Source: a virus
Lineage: Duplodnaviria; Caudoviricetes
DNA: 64,000 nucleotides
IMG/VR virus record: IMGVR_UViG_3300032216_001431
Coordinates: 31,488-95,487 of that record
Reading direction: 5' to 3' (one strand)
Shown: positions 1 to 11,300 of the stretch, in pieces
Layout of the letters: every line of letters starts with the position of its first letter
Numbering within the stretch: position 1 is the stretch's first letter
Notes under the pieces: generated by a model
Database searches by the model: none
Seen by the model: only the letters and a program-made list of their open reading frames with translations
What the model was told of the DNA's origin: nothing
Program-made: the position numbers and the translations under genes

Positions 1-2
1 AC

Positions 3-3000
3 ACAAGAATTGTTTCAGAGCAAACCGGGACAATTGAAAAAATTTCTAATTCTATTGAATTGGATGGGTCCAAGTACTATCGTGTAGAAGTTTTTGTTGG
101 AAGTACTTCTACATTTACGCAAATAGTTTTAGATATTTCTACCCAATGTCCTTTTATTAATGGTAGTTTATTGTTGTGTAATGCAGAAATGTTTAAAATA
201 GATGGTTGGAATTTTTCTACATCAGATTATTATCCAATAGAATCAGTTTTTGATTCCTACAGGCCGGGAGAAGCATTACTTCATCCATACCTTCAAACAA
301 ATGATAGGTATGTGAATTATGGACAGAATAATCAAAGTTTAAAACCTGTATCTTCAATATTTTTTAGTAACGATGAATTTTTTGATGGTGCTTATCCATA
401 CAAACAAGCACACAATTCAATTTTTAATAGATTTAAATATTATGTTTCTCCAAACGATCTTGATACCTCCACTGTAACTGTAAGGGCGCAGTATAAAAAA
501 TATTTAGATATAAATAAAATTGTTATTAAAACATCTAATGCAATTGAAGATATGACAAATGTTTCTGGTAGTATACAAATTCTGGGTCCAAATTATTCAG
601 TTTTATCTACAATTGTGCTTCCAGCAGGGACGTTTGATCAGAGTGGTATAGCGGTAGCATATTTTAATGGTATAACTTGGTCTGCTTCAAGTGCTGAGTC
701 TGGTAGAGGTTCTTGGGTTCCACCTACGCTAACTAATTCTGGAATTTTTCAAGATGTAACTTCAAGTGTTACGGGGATTTCTTATATTACCAATCAACCT
801 AAAGCATCAAGTCAAAGGTTAAAGAATACTAATCCTAAAACGACTGCCCTTGATAGGGTTCATGTTATAGAAATTTCCCCAAGACTTGAATTGGATATAT
901 CAGATATTGTTCAAGATTTTTCTGTAAATAAAATGATGGATGATTCAGAATCTGAAGCGGCTTTTCCAATAGGATATATGAATGGTAATCAAGGATCAAT
1001 AAATATTAGTAATATTCCTGTGTATAAAAATAATTTTCCTTTTACAATATTTGATAATTTATCATCTGCTGCAACAATTTCTGATATTATTCGTGAAAAT
1101 GTAAAATTTACAGTTGGTCTGATTTCTCCAACAAATGATTTTACAGACTATGTTCCATTTATGACTATGTATTCAGATTCTTGGTCGATAAAAGATTTAG
1201 ATACAATAACTGTTGATCTTTATGATCCAGCAAAATATTTAATGAGTTATGATGCACCAGATTATTTTTGTCAATCAGAAGAAATTTTTACAACAATAAC
1301 AAACTTATTTGATATATGTGGGTTTAGTGATTATGATTATAATGGTCTTAATCAAATTTTAAAACAAAAAAATATAAAAATTAATGCATTTTATTGTGAT
1401 AGAAAACAAACAATAATTGAAGTACTTAGATCGTTCTTTGTGGCACATCAAATAGCAGCAGCCTTTGACGAATATGGAATACTTAGATTTAAAGATCTTG
1501 AAGATTATTTGTATCAATATACAAGTAATAATTTTAGTCCAGATTTTTCAGTTAGCGACATCCCCTTGGTAATAAATAAATCATCTGGTTCTGTTTATTA
1601 TGAAGCAAATTTAATAAAAGATTCTTATAGTTCAAATGTAGAACAAAAAAAAGGAAAAATTACAATAAATTTTACAGAACCTGTAAGAAATTTTACTGAT
1701 AGTAAGCCTGTTGCTAATTCTATAAATGCTAGAAGAACTTCTACTTCTACAAATCAAGTTTTTACAGAATCTAATCAATCAGCATTAGTAAGAAGTTATT
1801 CGTCAAAATCTATTAAGGGTGCTGAAAATTATTTTTATGTTGATCCAAAAATTCTTACAAGCCAGACACACGTTGGAAGTCTTCTTACAGAATCTGGAAT
1901 GGCTTTTCTTCAAGGAGAATTGATTTCATGGGCGGGGCTTGAGTATAATTTTAGTGGTTCTTCTGGGGCTAAACCTGTACAATCAATAAACAAATTAATT
2001 TATAGTTATGATGAATGTTTTAGAACTTCTGATGAAATGATTTCTACGCATCCTTCTTTAACTAATGTTGAGTGGCACCCAACAGGCAAAGTTGTTGGAG
2101 TTCAAAGAGGTTTAAAAAATACTAAACCAAGAAATCACATTATATTTGATGATAGTACAAATAAAACAAATAGTGCTTTAAGTCCATCTAATAATTTTTC
2201 TTCTATTATTATATATAATAATTCAAATGGAAATTATGCTTCTGGAACACCGGCAGCAAAAGCATCATATGGAGATTCTGCTGTAACTTTTAAAGATAAT
2301 ATTGCAAAATTTATGGTACACAAACCAAAAACTGGTAAAAAACATGTATTAGCATTAACACCTAAATATAATTCATTGCAAGGTGAGTATGCCGCCCCAG
2401 TTTCTGCAAGTAATTTTGATTTTTTTCAATTTGTTTTTACTGGTCCAAATTTAACTAATCAAAAATTTGCTGCAAATGGGGACGAATCTATTGTAGAAAT
2501 AGGTTTTTATATAAATCATCTAACTAGCCCCCTATTGTTTGGTATAAGAAATGTAAAAAATAAATCAGTTTTGGCTGTTAATGAATTTTCTGTTTCAGGT
2601 GTAAAACCTAAGACATCAAGCAATCAGAATCATCAATCTCATAGTTCCCCATTTCAAACATTAGGAAAAAATGTTTTCGATGGATTACCACATAGAATTG
2701 GTTTATGGATAAATTACGAAAACTCTACTTTTTATGTATATGTAAATCAACATCAATATGGCCCATATCCACTTATTGGAAGCCGTAACAGTGGGATTGC
2801 AAAATCAAAAACTTCTACTTGGGGGGTGTATGTTGAAAACCTTGAAAAAACATTTATGAATACTCAACACGATGAAAAAACTTTGAGCCTTTTTGTTCAT
2901 GAAATGTATGCTTATGATTATAAAAGTTTAGGCGAAATGCAATATGGTCATACCAATCTATATCCACCAGCAATAACAGATTACAATTTTCATTGGCAGA

Positions 3001-3740
3001 GTAAAAACTATTTAAATGAAATAATAAAAAATAATCCCAATTGTGAACCTAAGTATTATTTTTGGGGTCCGTTGGATTTGTTTGGAGTTAAAATTTATGA
3101 TAACGTGGTCTTTGGTACGAGTCCAGTTTTTCAAAATACTTTGAATATAGAAAAAATTGGTTATTCAGGTGATTGGCCGGGTCCAAATGGTGTTTTTAAA
3201 AAAACAACAATTAAAGATATTGCTATGTCAAGTATATTTTCAACACCTTTTAGATTTTCAATGATGCTTGTAAATAATAATAAAAACAACCAACTTGTTT
3301 GGTTATGTAAAACTAACACAGTAAAAGGCGAACCAGATGTAACTCCATTTACCTTAGAAGCAAATTTTATGAAACAAACAGACGAAATTACAGTTGAAAA
3401 AATTATTAATCCAACCAACAAAGATGGTGGTGTAATGTTAAATACATTGTGGATTCAATCAAAAGAAGAAGCAGAAAACCTTTTATCAAAATCTGTCCAT
3501 TTTGCTAATTCTTTTAATACAACTGTTAACCTGCAAATTTTTGGAAACCCGCTGGTTCAAGTTGGTGACATTTGTAAATTTGTTTATACTGCTAAAAGGA
3601 TTGGTTATGATCCAGAAAGTTTAAACCCTAATCCCGTTTATTTTTTAGTTAAACAAGTTAATCAAGATTTCACAGGCGGTTTGACAACAGGCTTAACTTT
3701 AAAACCTTTATTTAATACAAATTCAATAAGCATAGCATGA
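3..3740 (+). CDS. Large minor tail/baseplate protein, 5'-truncated by the window
   Basis: Frame is open from base 3, upstream of the listed TTG at 60; C-terminal GNPLVQVGD motif typical of tail hub/tip proteins; first gene of the tail block. Confidence 0.6.
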   Translation, partial: TRIVSEQTGTIEKISNSIELDGSKYYRVEVFVGSTSTFTQIVLDISTQCPFINGSLLLCNAEMFKIDGWNFSTSDYYPIESVFDSYRPGEALLHPYLQTNDRYVNYGQNNQSLKPVSSIFFSNDEFFDGAYPYKQAHNSIFNRFKYYVSPNDLDTSTVTVRAQYKKYLDINKIVIKTSNAIEDMTNVSGSIQILGPNYSVLSTIVLPAGTFDQSGIAVAYFNGITWSASSAESGRGSWVPPTLTNSGIFQDVTSSVTGISYITNQPKASSQRLKNTNPKTTALDRVHVIEISPRLELDISDIVQDFSVNKMMDDSESEAAFPIGYMNGNQGSINISNIPVYKNNFPFTIFDNLSSAATISDIIRENVKFTVGLISPTNDFTDYVPFMTMYSDSWSIKDLDTITVDLYDPAKYLMSYDAPDYFCQSEEIFTTITNLFDICGFSDYDYNGLNQILKQKNIKINAFYCDRKQTIIEVLRSFFVAHQIAAAFDEYGILRFKDLEDYLYQYTSNNFSPDFSVSDIPLVINKSSGSVYYEANLIKDSYSSNVEQKKGKITINFTEPVRNFTDSKPVANSINARRTSTSTNQVFTESNQSALVRSYSSKSIKGAENYFYVDPKILTSQTHVGSLLTESGMAFLQGELISWAGLEYNFSGSSGAKPVQSINKLIYSYDECFRTSDEMISTHPSLTNVEWHPTGKVVGVQRGLKNTKPRNHIIFDDSTNKTNSALSPSNNFSSIIIYNNSNGNYASGTPAAKASYGDSAVTFKDNIAKFMVHKPKTGKKHVLALTPKYNSLQGEYAAPVSASNFDFFQFVFTGPNLTNQKFAANGDESIVEIGFYINHLTSPLLFGIRNVKNKSVLAVNEFSVSGVKPKTSSNQNHQSHSSPFQTLGKNVFDGLPHRIGLWINYENSTFYVYVNQHQYGPYPLIGSRNSGIAKSKTSTWGVYVENLEKTFMNTQHDEKTLSLFVHEMYAYDYKSLGEMQYGHTNLYPPAITDYNFHWQSKNYLNEIIKNNPNCEPKYYFWGPLDLFGVKIYDNVVFGTSPVFQNTLNIEKIGYSGDWPGPNGVFKKTTIKDIAMSSIFSTPFRFSMMLVNNNKNNQLVWLCKTNTVKGEPDVTPFTLEANFMKQTDEITVEKIINPTNKDGGVMLNTLWIQSKEEAENLLSKSVHFANSFNTTVNLQIFGNPLVQVGDICKFVYTAKRIGYDPESLNPNPVYFLVKQVNQDFTGGLTTGLTLKPLFNTNSISIA

Positions 3741-3746
3741 TAAAAT
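3738..3746 (+). promoter_or_regulatory. Extended -10 promoter TGATAAAAT
   Basis: TGnTAnnnT immediately upstream of the GGAGG RBS of the 3762 ORF. Confidence 0.5.
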
Positions 3747-3761
3747 TATAATGGAGGTTTT

Positions 3762-4406
3762 ATGAATACATCAGGGTCAAGAGAACAAAAAGCATCAAAT
3801 TCACACCATCAACCTATAACTATTTATCAAGATGATCATAGGAATACTCATGATTTTTTATCAAAACATCCCGGCACCGTAGTCCTTCCTTCTAAAACTC
3901 CAAAAAAAACAAAACCCCCTCATCATCAACATCCTGCAAAAAAACACGATCCAAAATCAAAAACAAGAGTTATTCACCCATCTACTAGGACAAATTCTCC
4001 ATCTCATCCAGCACAAAATCAAACCTCTATACATACAGTTGATAGTGATGAGAGTAATGAATTAGAGGATATGAGGTATGATACTGAAAGTGATAATGAA
4101 AGTCATACTTCATATGATAGTGAAGTTCAAAATTCTTTTACATTTCATGAGATGACAGCGGAACATTATGATCCAGAACAAGATTATCTGACTCAACCGG
4201 AAACTGAAAGAATAGAAGTTCGTCCCGGGGCTACTAATACTTTAGAGACAAACGCACCACCGATAGACGATATCGTTGTTGATCCAAACTCTTTTGTTCT
4301 GCAAACAGACGCTGAAGATGGAAGTGTAACCTTTAAAGCCAGTGTGATCTTTGGGGGAGAATATAATTTAGATGATTACGAAGTTATAGTCACTCATATA
4401 GGTTAA
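3762..4406 (+). CDS. Hypothetical low-complexity protein (His/Pro/Lys-rich, then acidic)
   Basis: 214 aa ORF with GGAGG RBS. Confidence 0.6.
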   Translation: MNTSGSREQKASNSHHQPITIYQDDHRNTHDFLSKHPGTVVLPSKTPKKTKPPHHQHPAKKHDPKSKTRVIHPSTRTNSPSHPAQNQTSIHTVDSDESNELEDMRYDTESDNESHTSYDSEVQNSFTFHEMTAEHYDPEQDYLTQPETERIEVRPGATNTLETNAPPIDDIVVDPNSFVLQTDAEDGSVTFKASVIFGGEYNLDDYEVIVTHIG

Positions 4407-4414
4407 GCAAGGAA

Positions 4415-4423
4415 TGATATAAT
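4415..4423 (+). promoter_or_regulatory. Extended -10 promoter TGATATAAT
   Basis: Intergenic consensus match. Confidence 0.6.
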
Positions 4424-4451
4424 TATAGTAATCAAATATTAGGATAAGTAT

Positions 4452-5360
4452 ATGAATTTAACTGGGACGTATCGAGTTACCTCGTCTGGCTTTTTAATTG
4501 GTGAATACCAGAACATGATAACCACAAATGGTTTATTGGCAATTAATCAATATCTTGCAGGTCTTATTCCTAGTTGGGCTGGTTCCATTGCTGTCGGTAG
4601 TTTGGTTACAAACAATACAGATCCATCTACAACTGAACTTGATTATGAATTAAAAAGATATCCAGTAACACTTAAGTCTTATAGAACGGTATCAAGTTCT
4701 GTTCATCAAATTTCTTTAAAAGCAACAATTGATCCAGAATCAACATTTAAAATTTATGAATTGGGTGTTTTTCCAGCAGTAATTAATGATGCAACAAACA
4801 CGAATCATTATCCATTTTCAGATTTTTCAGAAAAATTGAGTGGTTCTAGTGCATGGTATATTTCTGGTATTCCAGCAACAACATCCCTTGTTGCGAGAGC
4901 GGGAATTTCTTCAGTAACACTTACCACTCCTTCAACTGCAAGCAGTACAGTTAACATAAATACTACAAACTATACAGAAATAGACTCATTAAAAATTTTA
5001 TTTTATCCAAACAATGCAATTTCTTCTGGTTCTTTTACTGTAACACTAGGTGATGATGCCTTAGTAACAAATTATTGGACAGCATCTGGATCATTTTTGT
5101 CAGCAGCATCTGGTGTCTATACCAGTGCAAGCCTTGGATTTGTTTCAAAACCCTCATCTTTTTCAAATTCTGTGAGTTCTGCTTCAATAAATTATACAGG
5201 AACCGGATCGATCCTCCTTGACTATATTAAATGGGTGACTGGAGATATAAAAACAACAGATTTTAAATTAGTTAGTAGAACAACATCTTCAGCCACACCA
5301 TTGTTTACAAAAACATACGGACAACCTATGGAAATTGAGTATTACGTTGAGGTTACATAA
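4452..5360 (+). CDS. Putative baseplate/tail structural protein
   Basis: N-terminal NMITTNG...IAVG...LDYEL...IYELGVF pattern resembling baseplate wedge/fibre-anchoring proteins; tail context. Confidence 0.55.
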   Translation: MNLTGTYRVTSSGFLIGEYQNMITTNGLLAINQYLAGLIPSWAGSIAVGSLVTNNTDPSTTELDYELKRYPVTLKSYRTVSSSVHQISLKATIDPESTFKIYELGVFPAVINDATNTNHYPFSDFSEKLSGSSAWYISGIPATTSLVARAGISSVTLTTPSTASSTVNINTTNYTEIDSLKILFYPNNAISSGSFTVTLGDDALVTNYWTASGSFLSAASGVYTSASLGFVSKPSSFSNSVSSASINYTGTGSILLDYIKWVTGDIKTTDFKLVSRTTSSATPLFTKTYGQPMEIEYYVEVT

Positions 5361-8300
5361 TGACTAATTCAAAGGACATTTTTAAACTTCAACCGGGTGC
5401 CACATATGCTGTTAAAATTGTTCCAAAAGGTGCTGCGACAGGAGATCCTAGCACGGTAAACTCGTTTGCCACAACCTTTACTGTTCCTACAACTAATCCT
5501 GATGGAACTACTATTAATGCTGTCAACTCTACGGTCATTCAGCAATTAATTGGTGGTCAAATAATTTTAGGTGATCCTTTAGTTGGTTCTGTACCAGAAT
5601 CAGGCCCATATGTTTTCCTATCTAAAGATGGCATTCAAGTTGGCTCAGGGGATGCTATAACATTTTTTCTTTCTTCAGGATCTGGTCAATCTCGATTATC
5701 GGGTTTTAATGTTCAGCAAACTGGTTTAGTTGTTCCAACAACATTTACTGCATCAAATGTAAATTTAATTAGTAATACTGCAAATTATTCTCTTACTTTA
5801 AAACCTTCATATACAGGTTCTGTTTCACAAGGAATGTATGTTTCAAGTAGCCCATCTAGAATACAATCAAATACTTATGTGAGATCTTTTAGGTCTGCTT
5901 CCGGTGCTGGTGGGGCGAGTGTTGTTGTTTATTTATCTTCATCAGTTACTTCAACAGGAATTAGCAATGTAACTTTTCGCGCACAAGATGCAAGCATAAA
6001 AATTGGTACAAGTTCTGCTAATGCTATTACAATTCAAGGACCAAACGCAGGCGGCATTTTTGATGTACCTGCTAAAATATTTACAACTTTAGATGGAATA
6101 TCAACTACTGCAAGTTCTGGTGCAGGTTTCTATATAGATGAAAATGGAAATTTTAGGGTTGCTGGGTCAACGGGAGCAGTTACTGTAGATGGATCAGGAA
6201 ACCTTTCAGTTTCAGGTTCTATTGTTGCAACTGCTGGAAACATTGGTGGACTTACCCTTGCGGCTGACAAGTTAAGTGCATCTTCACCGGGATCTTATGT
6301 TGGTGTTTCTGGAAGTGGAAATTATGCATTTTGGGCCGGTAGTGCAAATCCTGCTTTAGCACCATTCTCTGTAACGAATACGGGTATTGTCACAGCAAGT
6401 AATTTAGTTATAACAAATAGTGTAACTGTGGGAAATCTTACTGGATCGTGGTCTGGTATTACCCCAAGTTCTTCAATGGCAATATTCGCAGGGGCGACAG
6501 CAAGCACTGGGGCAGGAGCCAGATTTTGGGTAACCAATACTGGTAGCGTTTTTTCAACAGGTGGAGCATCTTTTCAAGGACCAATATTTAGTAGTGGAAG
6601 TTTAACTGGAACATCGTTGGCAGGAACTTCTACTAACAGCGGGAGCCTTGTAGGTGGAGCAATATATGTTCCATCTATTGGAGCAGCAAAATTTTATGTA
6701 GATTCTAGCGGCAACATGACAGCATCTAATGCCTATCTTACGGGGTCTATTGTTTCTACTTCTGGAAGCATTGGTGGTTGGTTAATTAATACTGGTTCTC
6801 TTACTTCTGGTACTGGTGCTAGTGCTGTTGGTTTGAGTACGGGTAATTATGCAATCTATGCCGGTAGCGCAGTGCCTTCAAATGCTCCGTTCAGCGTAAC
6901 AAATACTGGTAACCTTTATGCTCAAAATGCTAATATTACGGGAACAATTTCCTCCACGATTGGAAACATTGGTGGTATTTATATTAATTCAGATTCTATA
7001 TCTGCTGCTAGTTCTTCAATATATACATCACAAATTTTAAGTGCTAGTCCATCAGTATTTTTACAATTTGAGACTAATCCCCCTATTGATTCTTCCAGTA
7101 ACAATTATCCAACAATTATTGGTGGAACGGGTATTCTTTATCCTACTGCTGGATTTAATGGAACTGGAAGAACACTATACTCACCAACCAATGCTGCCTA
7201 TACACAGATTACAAATGGAAATTATGCTGGTGCCTCTGCCAATGTTTCAGTAGAATTTTGGATAAGTGGCTCTAATACTATCTCTTACAATGGAGTTGTA
7301 GGTAAAACAGCAAATCTTTTAACTAATGGTGGCTGGGGAATTCAAGTTGGTGCGCTTAATAATGATAAGTATATTTATTTAAGAATAGATACTGATGCGG
7401 CTGCTAACCAAACAGGACTTTCTATTCCAGTATTTAATGATAATAAATGGCATCATGTTGTTTATGCAATTGGAAGTGGTACAGCATCAGCATTCTTAGA
7501 TGGGGCTTTCTATCCAGTTGGTGCGAGCGGGTATCTCCCCTTTTCCTTGGGTGCAAGTGGTATTTCTTCAACTGCCGCATTAACTATATATAACTCTATT
7601 AGTTCTGGATATAAAGATCAAGTTGCAATTTACAATAGACTGCTTACGCCAACAGAAATTTTAAATAATTATAATGCTGGTCTGGCAGCCAGAGGTTTTA
7701 GCATATTCAATAATGGACAAGTAAACATAAATAATGCTAATGTTTCTGGAAATATAAATGCAACATCTGGGTCTATTGGTGGATTTAGTATTAATGGAAG
7801 CACCCTGTATGGAGGAACATCAGGTTCTATAGTTGGTTTAAACCCAACTAGTGGATCTTCAGTAATTTTCGCGGGTGCAACTTCAAGTGCAGGCACAGGA
7901 GCGACGTTCTGGGTTTCAGGAAATGGTAATGTTTATTCTACAGGTGGAGCATCATTTACTGGACCTATTTTTTCAGCCGCATCTGTTATTTCACCAATAA
8001 TTTCTGGATCAATTATTGCAAGTAGCGGTAGTATTATCGGACCTGCAATTTTTGTACCAAATACTGCTAGTCCAACTTTTAGAGTAGATTCTTCTGGAAA
8101 CATGCTCGCATCAAGTGCTTCAATTAGCGGTTCAATAACTTCAACTGCCGGGAACATTGGTGGCTGGGCTATTACCTCTGGAAACCTTACGTCTGGGACG
8201 AGTGGTAGTACTGTTGGATTAACTACAGGATATTATGCTATTTATGCTGGTAGTGCTACTCCTGCAACTGCACCTTTCAGTGTTACAAATACTGGAAATC

Positions 8301-11300
8301 TTACAGCAACTAATGCAATTATATCTGGAAGTATTAGTGCTGCGTCTGGTACTATTGGTGGATTCAGTATCGCTTCTTCATCTTTAACTGCAACAAATAT
8401 TTCTTTAACTTCTAATAACGGAATAGCATTAGGTACACTAGCATCTCCAGCATTTACAGTAAATACTTTAGGGCAGTTAACAGCAACAAATGCAACAATT
8501 ACGGGTGCAATTAACGCAAACTCAGGATCAATTAATGGAATATTAAATATTTCTTCTTCTGGCAAGTTAATAGCAGGATCACTTAGTAATAATTTTGTTA
8601 CAGTGTCTGGCGCGGGAATAACTGGGGCAAGTGCTGGCATTCCAGTATTTACATTACCTACAGATGGAAGTCCACCAACAATTGGTCAGTTTAAAATAGT
8701 TCAAACTGGTCTGCAAGGATTGGGTCAAGTAAATGCAACAGGTGCTTCAACAACTCTTTCTTCTTCTATCGTATTATTTCCACCAACAGTTGCAAGTACT
8801 CTATGGGCTGGGATGTCCTTGTATGGAGGCGGCATTGTTCCAAATTCTGTTATCACCACTATAGCGGGAGCAAGCGTTTACGTTTCACTTTCTGCAAGTG
8901 CTACTACTAATAATTTCACGGCATCTGGAATTCCTAATGCAAATATGGTAGTTGGAACTGATTTAAGTAATAATATAACTATTCGTGGGCAAAATGCTCC
9001 CGGCGTACCGGGAGCAATCTTTACTACAATTGCCGGTAACTCTACGACAAACAGTACTGGTAACGGTTTTTATCTTGATAATACTGGAGCCATGAATGTT
9101 GGTGGAGCATTAATTTGGAATCCATCAACATCTCTTCTAACAGTTAAGGGTTCTGGATCTTTTACGGGGTCTGTTGTTGCTTCAATTGGTAATATCGGCG
9201 GCTGGAACATTAGTAGTAGTTCAATTTCAAGTGGATCAATAAACCTTGTGAGTGGTGCTGCGCCAAAGATTTACATTGGTTCTGGTCTTTACAGTTCATC
9301 AACTACCCCATTCTATGTTGATAGTAGTGGAAGTTTGAGCATTGGTAATAAACTTACATGGAATGGTTCTAGGCTTTTACTAGGAGATCAAACGGGTGGT
9401 GCTGTCGGTTTCCAAGCACCGGCTAATCCTTCTGCTAGTGATATTGCAATTTATGCTGGAGCATCGTCATTGACGGGTGCCTCTGCTGCACCATTTAGGG
9501 TAACTTATGATGGAAAAGTTTATGCAACTGGAGCATCTATTTCTGGACAAGTAATTGCAACTTCTGGACAAATTGGTTCTAATTCCCAATATTGGTATAT
9601 TGGTAATGGATTTGATAATTATGGAGCAATTCAAAACTTTCCTTTGAGTTCTTCTGTCGTTTCTGTTCCCGTAAATGCGGGATATCAAGACATTTATTCA
9701 GATACTTATAACCAAGAGCCTCAATCATCCATTCAAATACATTCTAGTGGAAAAATTTATATTAAAAATTCTAATCAAAAAGGTGTAATTTTTGATGTAA
9801 ATAATACAAATCAAACAGTTTGGTGGGGCAGTGGTACAGAAACAATAAATGATTTTGACATATCTCAAAACAATCCTACTGTACCATTTTTTATAAATGC
9901 TTCTGGAACAATTTATTCTAGGGATTTAAATAGCAATACGTTAGAAACAAATAACATTACAACAAACAATATTATTTCTGATAGTTTTCAACAAAATTTA
10001 AATTCTGTAACTGGTACCTTTGGAGTATCTTCAATAATTTCAGATGGTCTTGGTAATGTTACTTATTATATTAATGATAATTTATCTCTTAAAGAGTTGG
10101 GTCTTTTAATTGGAGAGAATCTTTATATATATAATTCAGGTTCCACTTTATATGATATTACAATCGCAGGTACTCCAATTCAATTGTTTAATTATTATGA
10201 GTCTGGAAATACTAAATATATTTCAATATTTAATTCAAATGCGGTTGGCACAGTAGAAACCTATACTCCACAAGCAACTTGTTATGGGATCACAGATCAA
10301 CTAATTGTTACTCCTAATGTTGACGGCACGTTTGATATTAGTGCTAAACCTAACATTCAAGTATCCCTTGATGGATCTGTTCCTAAAGGAATGCAATCAA
10401 CTGATATATATTTGGATTTAACAAAATATGGTCCATATCCATCATTTAATAGGTTTATATCAACGCAGGCTTACTATGCCGTTACTGGTTCTGCGGCAGG
10501 GGTTCCGTATTCTCCAATTTCAAATCTTTCATCCGTTTATATAGATATTCCAATAGATGGAGTTCTTAAAGTAACATTCGATGGTATTGCTAGAAATCCA
10601 ACGTCAGGGTTTAATCCACAAATAATTGGATATATAGTTGCTTCTATAGTTCCAGATGTTTTTACTGGAAGTTTTAGTAATAATTCAAGTATTCTTTATA
10701 CAGCATATGATTTAAGTAATACAGCAATATTAGGAACAAATTCAATTATTCAGTCCACTGCATTAAATAATATTACGACTTCAATTGTTTCAACAACATA
10801 TGGACAACCACAAATAGGAATAAACTTAATCCCCACAAAAAACATGAATTCGTCATCTACAATTTTTGCAACAACAATTAATAATTTAAATCAAGGTGTC
10901 GTATCTAATATGGCAATTAATTCTTCTAATATAACTGGATCAATTGGTTACATAAATAGCGTAACATCGGGGGCATCCGTCGCAGTTACAACAATAAATG
11001 TTTTAAGTTCCTCTGTTCTTGTATTAAATTACGCAACAAATACAGATTATAATAATGTTTTTCCCGGTATGATTATAAGGGATAATGCTGCTAACTTTTT
11101 TATGATTAAATCTATTTCAAATTCTTTAAACTTTTTAAATAGTAGTGTTATCTATACACCTGCATCAACTTCATTTTATTCTCCATCTTCAGGTGCCGCC
11201 GCATCAGTATTAAATGCAATTTCTTTAACTACAACAGCAAGTTCAAATACAGTTACTTCTGCTTCAATTTACAATACAATTAATATGCTGGGAACTGCGT

